Assembly: GCA_012295275.1 (NCBI GenBank)
Contig: CM022672.1
Coordinates: 7,316,001 to 7,380,000 of the forward strand
DNA: 64,000 nucleotides
DNA from: Chrysomallon squamiferum
Taxonomy: Eukaryota > Animalia > Mollusca
Direction: 5' to 3'
Made by a program: the position numbers and the translations under genes
The notes under the pieces: model-generated
Database searches by the model: none
What the model saw: only the letters and a program-made list of their open reading frames with translations
Told to the model about the DNA's origin: nothing
In this document: positions 50,314 through 64,000 of the stretch, piece after piece
How the letters are laid out: the number at the start of each line of letters is the position of its first letter
How positions within the stretch are numbered: position 1 is the stretch's first letter

Positions 50314-52511
50314 TGTTTGTTTATTTGACTGCTTCAGCACATTTTTATCTCTGGTCTTTCTCTTTGAAAAATAACTTGACCAAATTTACAATGTATTTCA
50401 CTACCAAAAGGAAATGTTTTCTAAATGTGCTTGGATTTTGAGTTATGTTTTTGTATTACATCAGTCTATGAATAGTTATAACATCAGTGCACACACTGAA
50501 ACCTAAAACTGATACAAATTGAGAAACCACACATAAAGGCACAAACACAGATGCATATGTTTATATAGATATCAAATAATGAGCATATACATACCAACAC
50601 ACATTTATTTATTTATTTATTTATTTATTTCACATATAAAAACACAAAACTGAAATATTTTCACAATAACCCAGTACTATTTAAAACAGTACACTTACAG
50701 AAGAACAAAGCTGTAATTATGGGTTACAATATTTCAGTCCTTTCTTTTTTGTTTTTTGCTTTGTTTGTTTTGTTTTGTGTTTCATTGTTTATGTAATATT
50801 AGTTTAACTTTGTGATAAAAACAAGGATAAATGTTTTATTGTCATTTCAGTCGGATACAATAGACTATGTGGAATAGCTTAATCTTTTTATCAGTTACAA
50901 CATTTGTGAGTATTTCATTTGTTTTTATTTACTTCATTAGCAAATGATCCTAAAACAAAAATATAATTTTGTATATATCTATTTGCATAGTATATTTTTA
51001 TGTGTATGTATGAGTGTACATGTGTGTGTGTGTGTGTGTGTTTTTTGTTGTTTTGTGTATATGTGTATGTTTATGTTGGTATTTATTGTGTGTGTTAGTG
51101 TCTGTATGTATTTGTGTTTTTGTGTATGTATGAATATATGTGTATATGTATGTGTGTATATGTCTGTGTTTGTGTGAATTTATGTGCTTATCTCATGCAT
51201 TGTAATGTAAGTCAAATTTAACATTTGTACAAATTAAATTAAAAATGTATTTAGATGTTAAGTATTCATTTATTTATATTTTATACAACTTTATTTAATT
51301 TTTGACAGTTTGGTACAATGTGCCTTTTGTCATAGTTAAAGTTAGCTACTTGATACAGATTTTAATCAGCATCATCACCTATTAATGAAAGTAATGGTAT
51401 GTTAACAAAAATACATTTCATGTATGCCAGTATTTCATCATATTTCTTACCCGTTTTTATACCATCAGTACAAAAATTCTTTACAGATTATACACTGTCA
51501 GCAGAGTGGTCCCCCTTGTGAAGAGTGATGTCCCTTCCTCCACATCTTGCCTTGACTTGGCTTTGGACAAAGACAAAAACCAGGAGCAGAGAAATAAAGA
51601 CATTACTGGCATGAATAACTGCTTTTCAGTTTTATGGCTAAAATAAATATTGTCTTATGTATTTTAGTATACATAACTATATTATAACCCTTGTTTTGTT
51701 TTGAGAGCATTTCCAAAGAATTATTTTTTTTTCTTTTATTTCTTTTTTCATTTATGTGAGTGATTGCTTTATGTGTATCTAAACCAACCTAATATTATTA
51801 TTACATTTAAGATGTATATTTTAATGTTTCTTTTTCTCTCTCTTTTCTTCTTCTTCTTTTTTATTTTTTATTTTTTGTTTTCTTTTGTTTTCTTCTTTAC
51901 AAAGTGAAGTCAGCAGGACATTTTAATGTTACATTTTTTAGTTATGATTTATTACCATGTTTTTTTATACCATGTCTATAAGTAAAAGCTTCCGTACTGA
52001 ACTTTTTTAAAATGAATACCAATGATTCATCTATTTGTACATATTATTAATTTTACATTTTGCATTATCAAATATGCATATAAAAATGATTACTTGTTAA
52101 AATGCAGCTTTGGTGTGCTTAGTTCTTTTCAAATTTATGATTATGCACTCATCTCTTTTAAGCAAAAATGCATGGACCAAGAATTTTAGATATTCTATGT
52201 CATAAAGCACAACTTTCTGGCAAAGTCAGTAACCATTACCATGATGATATAAAGTGGCTGGACAGTTTTTTGTTAGAAGCACATCAGAAGTAATCCATAC
52301 CCAAAACCAGATGAAATGTTATAAAAATAACATTATGATTCTGTTTTAACAGAACTATTTCTGCTACACATTAGTGAGATAATATTTTTTAAGAACATAA
52401 AGCATAAAATCATAGAAAGTAAATTAAATATGAAAATGTGTGAAGTTAAGAGTCTTTGCCTGTTTTTTTCTTTGTGTATCCAAGTACATTTACAATTTTT
52501 TTTATTTAGCC

Positions 52512-52548
<37 letters not shown>

Positions 52549-52723
52549 AACTATTAATGAAAGAACTGTAAATTTGCTACAGAAATTTAACAGAAATATT
52601 TCATTCTTAACATGTTTTACTTGATCATTGTTATTAGTTGTTAACAAACTGATAAAAACAAACTGGTGATGGAATTAACAATTGTTTAATTTTTTTAACA
52701 TTTTTTACATAATGTAACAGTAG

Positions 52724-52837
52724 GCTCCATCTTTCTATGGATCACCACCTCAACCAACCACCATGCACCCATCACCCTATATCCCAGTCCAACCAATACC
52801 ATACTGCGTGTGTATCAAAGATAATGGTGTGTACTGA
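52724..52837 (+). CDS. candidate alternative tail exon of the TTC31-like gene (APSFYGSPPQPTTMHPSPYIPVQPIPYCVCIKDNGVY*)
   Basis: T-tract plus CAGTAG acceptor, GC-richer Pro-rich phase-0 frame compatible with the donor after 49575, and a gtgagt donor at 52841. Confidence 0.45.
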   Translation, partial: APSFYGSPPQPTTMHPSPYIPVQPIPYCVCIKDNGVY

Positions 52838-53098
52838 GCTGTGAGTGATAAAGTATATGTAAAAGAACTGTCACAGATATCTCAGGTTTTCTCTTACTTA
52901 TAAAATTACATCATGTATAACTTGTAATTTTAAAAGATAATGTGAAAAAGAAATTCATTTTTGAATTAGATAATCATGTTACAATATTAATCTTTCTGAT
53001 TGTGGTCTTAAGAATCTCACTGTGGTTGTATAACAAGAAATTTTAATACTGGTGGTTATGTGATGTCAGAAATGATTTTTATACACCAGTTAAATTAT

Positions 53099-53152
<54 letters not shown>

Positions 53153-54498
53153 ATGCACACATGCACAGACACACACAAACAAAACACATTCATGCACATG
53201 CACACACACACACACACACACCTTCCCATTGTTTAAAAACACATTCCATACGTTTTGATATAGTAATCAAGAAGTATTGGTTGGAACTGAAAAATTTAAG
53301 AATCTCACAACATAGGAATTGGAAATGAAAAACAGAATTTCTATGCAATCGAACTTAAACTTTTTTTCTTTTTAGTAAAATGAAACAACTTCCAGATGTT
53401 TACTACTTTGAATGAAATTAAATAATCTTTCCAGCGAAGTCTATTTGAATAATGACAAAATAATGTCTCATTTCTTGTAGATCTGTAGGTTTTATATATA
53501 AGCTTTATTTATTTTTGTTTTGATAGTTAGAACTAGGAGGAAAACAGATTCCTGTTTTATATATTTTATTTTAATTCTGGTAAGAAGGCAAATCATGAAA
53601 ACCATAAAGTTAAGAACTGGTTGATACTTTTTTTTTTTTTTTTTTTTTTCTTGAAGAATTATCTAGGAGAACATTTTAAATGAAAATAATAATAAAAACC
53701 CAGACAGGTTAAATTTGATAAAATTTGTATTTGATGTGAATTGTAATTAAAATTTCTTATGTCATTCTTTTTAAAACATTTATGCTATTCATAACGTTTT
53801 TATTATTAGTTTTTTTAAATAACAATTAATAAAAATATTGATGGAAATTTTTGAAAAAATATATTTGATCAAACTGTATAAAATTTATTTATTTTACCAG
53901 TTTATTTTTGTACATTTTTTTTTTAACCTGTATTTAATAGAGTGGTGATTTAAAATATTTCTACTGGTTAGTTTAACAACTGTTTGGCTTTATTTGTCTG
54001 TCTTTAACAAAAAAACACTTTAATAATAATAAAATAAATTTAAAATATTTGAAAATATTCTGTTCTTCAGCATAGAATTAAAACCTTTTTCATTTTTCTT
54101 ATCTTTTTCTTTTGCTATCCGACTATGAATGGAATATATACATCTTAAATCAGTATATTTTTATATGTTACATTAAAAGTGATGGGAATCAACCAGTGAT
54201 TGTACTGGTTATTATTAATGTATAGCCATAGGTAGGGATATTGCAGTACATGTAGAACAATTTACACAGGGTTGGGAGATTACAAAATAAAAAGATTTTG
54301 TATGTATGTAATTTATGGATATTCAGCTAGGATTTTTTATCAGTATTTGGAGTAAATATGTTAATGTATTTAAACTCCAGTGACATGTTATACTTATCTA
54401 CTCTAGAATTAATGTCATTTTTATCTCAATAAAAATGAGAAAGTTTTTTCTCTTTTCTTTTCATTTCTTTTTTAAAATTTTATTTTAAATACTTCCTG

Positions 54499-54533
<35 letters not shown>

Positions 54534-54786
54534 TACTACTACTATATTAAAGCCATATTAAAACTGTAACATTAAATTTTAACACAAATTTTGTTACTGC
54601 TTTTAAAACAAAAAGGAAGTATTTGAAATAAAAATTAACATCTCCAATGCATTATTTTTATATTTTCTCTGTAATGTTTGTCATGTCTGAATTTTTGAAA
54701 TACTGATTTAGAATACATGATCAGTTAATGTTTTCTTACAATGAACTAATTTCAATGTGTTAAATGCTTAGTGCATATTATTACAG

Positions 54787-55219
54787 TCTGAAATACCTAT
54801 GACATGAAATGTCTATAACATGTTTTTGCAGATTCTAATCACCCATAATTTTATTCAGCTTTCAAGCTGTGAGTAATATGATGAAGTAAGTATCTGAAAT
54901 GCCTTATAACAGTCTCTTGACTGCTATTATCATGGTAGATTACAGTTAACAAATGATTAGAGACTCTGCCAAAATCGTATTGTGCTTATAACATCTTATT
55001 AGTATCAGAAATGCCTTTATCATGATATTAATGTCTGAAATGCCAATAACATGATATTAATCTTTGAAAGACCTATGACATGTTTTTACAATGTCTGAAC
55101 TGCCTGCAACATGATGTTAATCTCTGAAATGCCTATAATGTTATTACAATGTGTGAACAGCCTATAACATTATATTAATGCCTGAAATGCCTGTAACATG
55201 TTATTAGTGTCTAAACTGC
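54787..55219. repeat. degenerate 29-bp minisatellite (TCTGAAATGCCTATAACATGTTATTAATG)
   Basis: Regular copies at about 55005, 55034, 55063, 55094, 55123, 55152 and 55181; decayed copies at 54787 and 54893. Confidence 0.8.
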
Positions 55220-56394
55220 AATAACTGGATATCTGATAGCTGTATCAGAGCTGGTTATCTGCATTTTCTTATAGTATTAAATTTAGACAAAAAATTAATT
55301 TTCTTATAAAATGATCAGATTATTATATACAGCTAGTTTTGTTTGAATTCTCACAAACACCCATACACATATACACACAAACACCCATACACATATACAC
55401 ACATACACACACAAATACATTAAATACAAAGACTAATATAATCGGGTGTTTTTTTTAGTCATTTACCTATAATAACATTTAAAAACCATATAATGTGAGT
55501 AATGGTTAATACCCATAACATCTGATGTTTCTAAAATAATGATTATTATAAATACTCACTGTTCATCTTAAGTTAAATCTACAGATACATTAGATTATTG
55601 CTGGCAAGACTGGAAATATTACTGTTGGTTTCTTATACTCAGATTTACAAAGTTTAATCTCCAGTTTCCATGGAGCAGTATATACTATAAATATATAAGG
55701 AAATATTTTTATTTGGTTGTGGAAGATGTTTAATTATAATAAAAGAAAATGTAAAATTACATTTATTTTTTTAATCTCTGTAATTTCATTTTTTAAATTT
55801 CTTTTTAATTTATTTATTTAATTTTTTTTTTTTTTTTTTTTAATACTAATGTTTTTCTTTTTCATGTTGAATATGGTCATAAGTTTATTATTAGTAGTGA
55901 AATATATCTTCTTAGTTTGTCATGAAAAAGTTTCAGAGTTGTTCATAAAATGTTGAACTTAAACACAGTTGAAACTGATGTATAAAACCATTCTTTTTTT
56001 ATTTCATCCATTTATTTTATTTTATTTTTATTTTATTTATTTTTTTGTCTTCTTTTCTTATTTTATTTATTTTAATTTTATTTTAATTTAAATTTAATTT
56101 AATATTATTTTATTTTATATATATATATATATTTTTGGTTTTTTTTTAATTTAGTTCATTTATTATTATTATTATTTGTTTGTTTGTTTATCATGAAGTG
56201 TGATTTTTTTTTTTTTGGAAAAACTCTTTGTACTTGGTGTTTGTTAGGATGTGGTGTTGATCACCATAACAGCTCTTAAAAAGTGTATTTGATAAAATGT
56301 TCAGTTTAGAAAAAATTTTATTTTTATTCCACAATTAAATAAAAATAAAATAAAGTAAATTAGACAAGACTGTACTGACTATTATTTATTTCTA

Positions 56395-56442
<48 letters not shown>

Positions 56443-56743
56443 GAATTCGGTTTATTTATTTATTTTATAATAATTTTTTAAAATTATTTATTTTCTTGAT
56501 ATATTTACTATTGTCAATAATTTATGTAAATTTACATCATATATTTAACCAGTGAATTTATAAAGTTTGAATACACCATCCTAATGATAACTATAAATGG
56601 ACTGAGTGAAGTGATGTGTTGTGTGATTTGTTTTCTGATTATATTGTCTCAGTATTATCTAATCATGTTTAAAAGAAAGCAACATTCTGTTACAAATCTT
56701 AGACATTTTATGGAGAAAATCCACTTTTGAGCAGATAGCATTG

Positions 56744-56795
<52 letters not shown>

Positions 56796-56926
56796 CTTAT
56801 TAATTTGCTTTTGATTGTATAACGTCTTTTGGACTCACTCTTGTACAGGCTTGTATGAACATGTAATAATAAATGATAACTGTTTTAACTTGTTTTTGTC
56901 ACTGCTTTATTCTAATTAAAACTAAG

Positions 56927-57100
<174 letters not shown>

Positions 57101-58468
57101 TTTGTCTATATCTCTATATCTTAAGTGTTTGTGGGTGATATATGTATAATTTGTTATAAGGTAAGTCAAAGGGAGGTTAAATCATACGAATAACCGTAAG
57201 CATGTGTGTGTGTGTGTTTTTCAAACGAATTTTGTCATTGTAAAATTATCTTTCACACATAGCGACCATTGTCTTCCAAACATTGCACACTCGTGTTAAT
57301 AATAACAGTATTTTAAGACATTCATAGATACTTCACAAAACAAACGTATCACTCACATGCACTCATGCTCAGACAAGAGAACATTCTGTAGCACTGTTTA
57401 TACAAAACCTTTCTGATTTGTAAAACTCTTAACAAACACGTTACCCCAAGCACCACCATTTGTTTCCATTTGTGTGTTAATGGTCTAATCATAGACTGTA
57501 AACCTAATTAACCGAGCAGTTCATTTGAGGAATTATTATTTTATTTATTTCCATCGACTGATTCAAATCATAGAGAATACTGCTTTTCAGATCTCTGGTG
57601 GTAGAACAAATCGATGGTCTGTGTAAACTAAACTGTGTTATAACTTCATGATTCATTCTATGCTTTCTTCAACAGCTTCTTGTGTCGATATATAGAACCT
57701 GTACAGTTCCGTGACACTGGGTTTGCAGAACATGTTAGAAATAATGGTTATTTTTTGTTTTGTTTTTTCTTCTTTCCTTAGAATTAGGATAAAAAAAATA
57801 ACGTCAAATAACTGCACTAGAATCATTAAAATCGGACGCTAAATTGTAGAAAGAGTCAAGTTTATCTGCATTCAGTGTATCGAACTATCTGTCGATCCAT
57901 ATATCTCTAACAGTCTATCCCAAACACGTAATATTTGTGTGTAATATGTGTGTGTGTGTGTATCTATAATTATTTACATGTAGGATAGTACATATATGTG
58001 GATATGTTCTTTTGTCCAACAGCATTTGTTTCCATTTGATCTGAATATTTGACTGACATTTATTCCAGATGTCGTAATTACCTCAGTTTATTTGCGTTAC
58101 TACGAACGTAATGAGTTTAAGCGTGTAACAGAACGTATATTGTGTGTCTGACGTACTTATCTAAACTGCTGTGTTTAATCATTATTTGTGATGTTATGTC
58201 TATTTTGAAGACATTATCCCATGCATTGTACCCAGATGACTCTTACTTCAAAAACCCAGATTAACTTTATGAGCTTGATTATACTTTATTCATGTCAACG
58301 AATAGTTTAAATTCGTTTTTTACGTTCTTCTGATTTGTTTATTTACATGACAAATAATCTTTACTACTCGTAAAGTAATGCGATAATATAATGACGAGGT
58401 CATAATGTACATGAAAGATGATTTTTTACAGTATCTAATGTCTTTTTATGTAAATTATGACAATGACA

Positions 58469-58506
<38 letters not shown>

Positions 58507-60616
58507 AATAAGAAGAAGAACAACAACAACAAAAAAAAAAAAAGTTTTTTCTAATTGAACAAATTTTTAAATTTAAAGTTGCCATATTTCCCCCTTTTAC
58601 TATATATATATTTTTTATTTATTTATTTTTTTTTTTTTTTTTCCTGCAGTACTTAAACAAATTAAGAAATTTGATATCTCCAACCTTTTATTTTCTGTAA
58701 TATTTAACCACATTATCTGGTTTAATGTCTCGAAACATACTAAAGATTAAATTTGATAACTTGTTTAAACGTTACGGGAAAAAAAGCTCGGAGACATCAC
58801 AGAACGAACACAACGATACAGGCGTGTAGGCGGCATTTATTTAACAGAAGATAACTGTTAGACAAAAATAATGTGCGACGATGACAAACACCACGCCGTC
58901 AAATGATTTCTGCTTGCAACGTCCACACATTCTCTTACAGACGCTTTTCTTTCTGGTGTGTCTATTTTATGTCCACGTTTTGCATCCCGTGTCTATCTTT
59001 GGCGTCTGGTTTCTTTTAGTCTGTTGTTGATCAGGTTTCTCGTCTCTGTTTTTAGCGTTGTATTAGTTAATAACAGACTACAACACGCCAACTTAATGCA
59101 TTTGACTGCTCGGTAATTCATATCATCATGGTAAGTTCTGAAGGACGAAAAGGCCAGTGTAATAGTTTAATCTTCTTTATTTTTTCTCTTTTTTTTCTGC
59201 GTCTCTCGCCACAGTTATTTTCTTCTTGTTCACGTCACTGAATTCTGCATGTTACTTCGAAATAGCTAAACATTTAGGTATTTATGTGGTTGGTCGTAGA
59301 AGTTATCAGGTATTATGATTTGTATGGTAATGTATTAAAACAAATTCTATGTCATTTGCTAATGAATAGTTTTCTCAAATTACTGAATACTGAATAAACA
59401 TATAATTTTTTGTCTAGGTAAAGGTAAAGAAATAAATATCAATATTGCCTGACTTTTTGAATTCCTAAGTTTTTGTTATTGATTTTTTTTCTTTTCTTTC
59501 ATACTAAAAAAAAAAGATAATAAAATAACTGCAATGCAGAATATGCAGTTTACACTGTTTGAAATCTGTATGCACATATCAATAACGTTGTTTTTTGAGT
59601 ATTGGGATGTTTTCCAGCATTTTAAATTTTATAACTCAGTTTTCTTTTTCTATCTTTCTTTTTTTTTTTTTTTACTTTTTCTTTCCGAAAATAAAATTTA
59701 ACCGTGTATTGGTAATTCATAAAATAAAATCGCAAAATCTTCATTTTCTTTTTTTCTTCATTTTTTATTATTTATATTTCTTTCCTTTCTTCTTTCGTAC
59801 TTCATTTCTTTGGACATTATTTTTGTATTTTTCCTTAATTTATTTAATTTTTTCCCCAATATATTGTTTTGAGACATATGAATAAAGAATCCAATTTGAT
59901 TTATGTGGTTGTGTTGTTGTGGGTTTTTTAAAATTATAAATGTATAATAAGTGTCTAGATCTGGACAAATCTTAAACCTTTATGAATAATAATAAAAATG
60001 ATAAATGCACATAAAAGTATACACGCCATATACAAATACACACACAAACATATCAACAACACAGTATTAGATTACTCTGTATTAATCAATGATACAGGCT
60101 TAGAAAAAAAAATCAAAAAAAAAATCGCGAACAAACGTAAGAAGAAACGAAAGGTAAAACGAGAAAAAAAAAAAAAAAAAAAGAAAGAGAAAAAAGACGA
60201 AGAAAGAAAGAAAGAAAAAACAATCTTGTAAAAATTTAATCGTCGAAGTCAATGATGCTATGTTGCACGAAGTTTAATTAAAACCTGGAAGTTTTTATCT
60301 TTTTTTATTTTCGTTTAACTTTTTATCGATATCTTGAATTTCCTGATTATTTATTTGTTTTTGTTCTACTTTTTTTTTACTTTTATTTTTTTTTTTGTTT
60401 GAAAGGAGCGAATTTCTAAAAGACAAATCTCTTTAGAGACAATGGTCTCTTTTATGATATGCATGTCTTTGAAGGTAATAAAAATAAGATCAGTGAATAT
60501 CTTGGTAATGTGTTAGAGCTCACTTTATTAACCCGTAGTTTCCCTGCAGACCACAGCAGTTTTACCAGAGAATTTTGTTTAATATAAACTTTGAAATAAA
60601 CGTAAATTAAAAGAAA

Positions 60617-60620
<4 letters not shown>

Positions 60621-60701
<81 letters not shown>
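60621..60701. repeat. (TC)n microsatellite
   Basis: Direct reading. Confidence 0.95.
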
Positions 60702-60702
<1 letters not shown>

Positions 60703-63700
60703 GCTATCTGGTTATCTGTCTATCTTTATATGCTTGTATGTATGTAATATATAAACATCAACGGAGAAGGAGGGAATAAGATCATTCACTTATGAACTCA
60801 CATATCAATAGATTCATGTCATTTTTTTCACGATATTTTACATGTTACTTACAACTGGCAGAGTCTCACTTATACCTTTGTAGTAAATGACAGTAATTTA
60901 AAATAAACTTTACAATACATTATCCTGACGGGTAAATATATCGTTGTTTATAATCACCTCACGACAAAACATATAATTTTTCCAGACAAATCAATTTACA
61001 GTGATTCTGTGACCGCAGCACGAGTTCTGCCATCGCCACGCACCCCACGAGCCTAGAAAATCAAATTACTTCTTCCACGTGTCGTCACATTACTGACATT
61101 AAACCGAGGTTTCAGCAACAACTCATTATTTACACCTGTAATTTTCTTTCAGCCAGGTAACAAACTGGTATTCTTAGTGCGTGTCTTTACAAAGCTTATA
61201 CACATCTGTTGACGTGTCAAACGTGGTTCTTTGCAAAAGGATCAGCTGGTAACATTATCTGTTAATGTAAAGGCTGTAATATGACCAGTTATTTCTTTGT
61301 CTTCGGTTCAGCTGACGATGTTTTGTGTCGGAATATCTGTACGAAGCCAATAACCAATATGTTTCTTTGTACCGGGCTGTCGGAAGAATAAGTTTCATTA
61401 GTTAATGCCGTGTGACAATTGTTGTTGTCGTCTTGTTAAAAGAGACGTGATGAATGGCAAATGGCAGGCGAACATGCTGTGGTATATTATAGCAAGATCG
61501 TCGTGGAATATATTACACGTTAATGTGATTTATTTTGTTATTTTGCTGATGATGTTTAATAAACATACGCACGAAAACACTATTATCATATTTCTCATTA
61601 ACTCTGTCTTTTAGGAGATTTTTTTTGTTTGTTTGTTTTGTTACATTATCTCTTGTTCACTTTGATATAAAACTATTACACAGAAGACTTTTCTTTTTTT
61701 CTACGTTTTTTAATTATTTTTCCTTTTTTTTACATTCACTTAATAATTTTTTAGTTAATCACAAAATTCTCAGTACAGTCCCTGTGTTAAATCACAACAT
61801 TAATATTAGCATTACATGAATTTGCTGAAGTACAGTGTTTAAAAAAATGTAAACTCAAATGATTATAATAGAAATAGGTAGACAGACAGGTATTAGGTCG
61901 GTATGTAGATATGTAGGCATGTAAGCAAAGAGACAGAGAGATAAAGAGATGAAGAACGAAACATAGAGACAGACACAGATACAAACATATATATATATAT
62001 ATATATACATAAACCAATATACACACAAACATATACATACACACACACAGACATATACATACACACAAACACGACAAATGACGTCATGAAACTTTATACT
62101 CATTCACAGACAGCACTTCTTTACTAACTATTGGAATTTCAAATTATTAGATACAACCTTATAAAATACTGCATCTGACATCTCCCCTCCTGCATTTCCT
62201 TCAACCAGCATATCTCAGTCTTCATTAGACAATTCAGTCGTGCTCAGCATAGAGTAACAACTGTGTTGTGCTGTCAGGCAAGAAATGTCACTCGCAGATG
62301 TAGATTTATGAAATTTATATTCACCACAATAATGATACATACTTAGAGAGCAACAGACAGGGTTGACTATACATCATCAGTGTCCTTGCAAACTATTTAA
62401 CCTTACAGTATATTTCTTTATCAGTCTACGACGGTTACGTCAAATGATTTACAATGAAAGTGTATCATAATTATCAGAAGTATATCGATATTTTAATTTA
62501 TAATGACAGTTTTATAATATTTATCAAACGTATGTCTTAATAGTTATTTAATTGTATCGTATTTATCTATATACTAACAGAAAAGGTTAAAAATATGACA
62601 TGGTTTTTTTTGTTCCTTTTGCAACATACAAAATGAGCTGGGTAAGTGTATTAAGAAACTGATCAATTATCAGAATAGCCCATAAATATAATCATCTTTT
62701 CCCATCAGTAATCTCTCTTGTGAAAGTACGTGACTAAGTTCGTATAACGGTAAATGTCCATACATAAACTGTTCATTTCCTAGCATAACCGAGTTCTACT
62801 TACAATGTTCTCTACACCAACGCAATACTAGTACTTGAACAAGTATAATGAGAACAATAGTTAGGGGACTACATTCTTTTCGTCTGATTATTCTCAAGGA
62901 AATGACATTCTTATTTAACACATAGTATTCTTGTTTATTTATTTATTTTATTTTATTTTATTTGTCTGTTTGTTTGTCTGTCTGTCTATCTGTTTATTTC
63001 ATTGGTTGGTTGACTGTTTGTTTTGTATTTTTGTAAGCAATTTCTATATAAACATTTAGTTTCTATGCTAGAATAATAGATTAAATATAAGGCGTACGTT
63101 TAGAAATTTTCAGCACTGAATCAAGATTTGCTTTTGTAATTTCGTGCACTATTAACACATAATGAAAATATTTTAAACAAAGGCTTAATTGAAGAGGGAA
63201 ATAATTTTAAATAATGGGAAAGATAGCAGAAACAAACATTTTACTTCGAAGTTTAGAAAAATAATTTCTATTTATTATTGTTTATAATTCGCCCACTCAG
63301 TAATTCTTGTTGAAACTTGTGCTCGACAAAAAAGTGGATCAAAATTCGTATGGTTTGGTTTTCTTAATTACGACCATTTTTGTGGTGTCGAGTGAATGTA
63401 AACGAAAGGTTTTCACCTCACACATCTTTATTAAAACACCACAATAGTAATAATCGTTAATATTAAAGTATTCATTAATGCAGCGATCTTTTCGCCGTAG
63501 AGTGGTTGTTAATGTGGTTTGCTGTATAATTTATTGTGTCGTTTATTCAAAACAAACGTGTAAATCAGATTAAGGTGCTCGCAGTCAAAAGACCACAAAA
63601 GGCCAACAGTGAATGAATTATTTCACTCAAAGTCGAATCAATTAAGGGAAATTTACTTATGGAATAAAATATTTATTGGGTCAGGAGTGTAGGGTGGTAT

Positions 63701-64000
63701 TACTTAAGCCATGTGTAAAATATGGGAAAGAGTCTATTTTTCTTTAATCCCTAACATCGATAGAAAGTTCAGAATTTGTATTTAGAAACGGAAGACGGAG
63801 GAGAAATGCGCCCAGCGCCGGAACTAAAAGTCGTCTGCCACACGTTGAAACGTACAATGGAGACTTCGATTATCTGCGAGGGTTCGATAAGTGTTGTAGT
63901 ACAGCCACGACACACAGTCTGAAATAAGTGAAGGGATTGGCAGAATTACTCGGTGTAAAAAAAAAGTATCTGCTTTTTTCAAATTTAGTCAGAAGACAAG

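Noticed and set aside
60530-60550. AACCCGTAG resembling the miR-100 5' end
   Set aside because: Match stops after 9 nt and no hairpin partner is visible.

Overview
Very AT-rich, microsatellite-dense animal genomic DNA, probably an invertebrate with mosaic gene-body methylation; a mollusc or other lophotrochozoan is my inference, not a proven assignment. Almost all ORFs in the supplied track are low-complexity artefacts. Manual GT-AG exon reconstruction gives two head-to-head intron-rich genes with start codons about 780 bp apart. (1) WDR54 on the minus strand: 9 exons, 34592->29108, 325 aa. (2) A TTC31-family gene on the plus strand: 22 exons, 35372->49593, about 638 aa. Its domain order is J-domain with HPE instead of HPD, acidic tract, TTC31 basic coiled coil, 3 TPRs, UBA, RRM and C-x7-C-x5-C-x3-H zinc finger, followed by several candidate alternative tail exons. 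The gene pair lies in a CpG-depleted block (about 27-57 kb). The flanks (1-26.7 kb and 57.2-64 kb) have no recognisable CDS but carry many CpG-retaining, TF-motif-rich islands, including a near-perfect CTCF motif. These look like a regulatory landscape, possibly of a neighbouring NK-class homeobox gene (human WDR54 and TTC31 both lie at 2p13.1 beside LBX2/TLX2). Also present: a Tc1/mariner MITE nested in a larger inverted repeat, a MER46/Tigger-like relic, fold-back palindromes and minisatellites.
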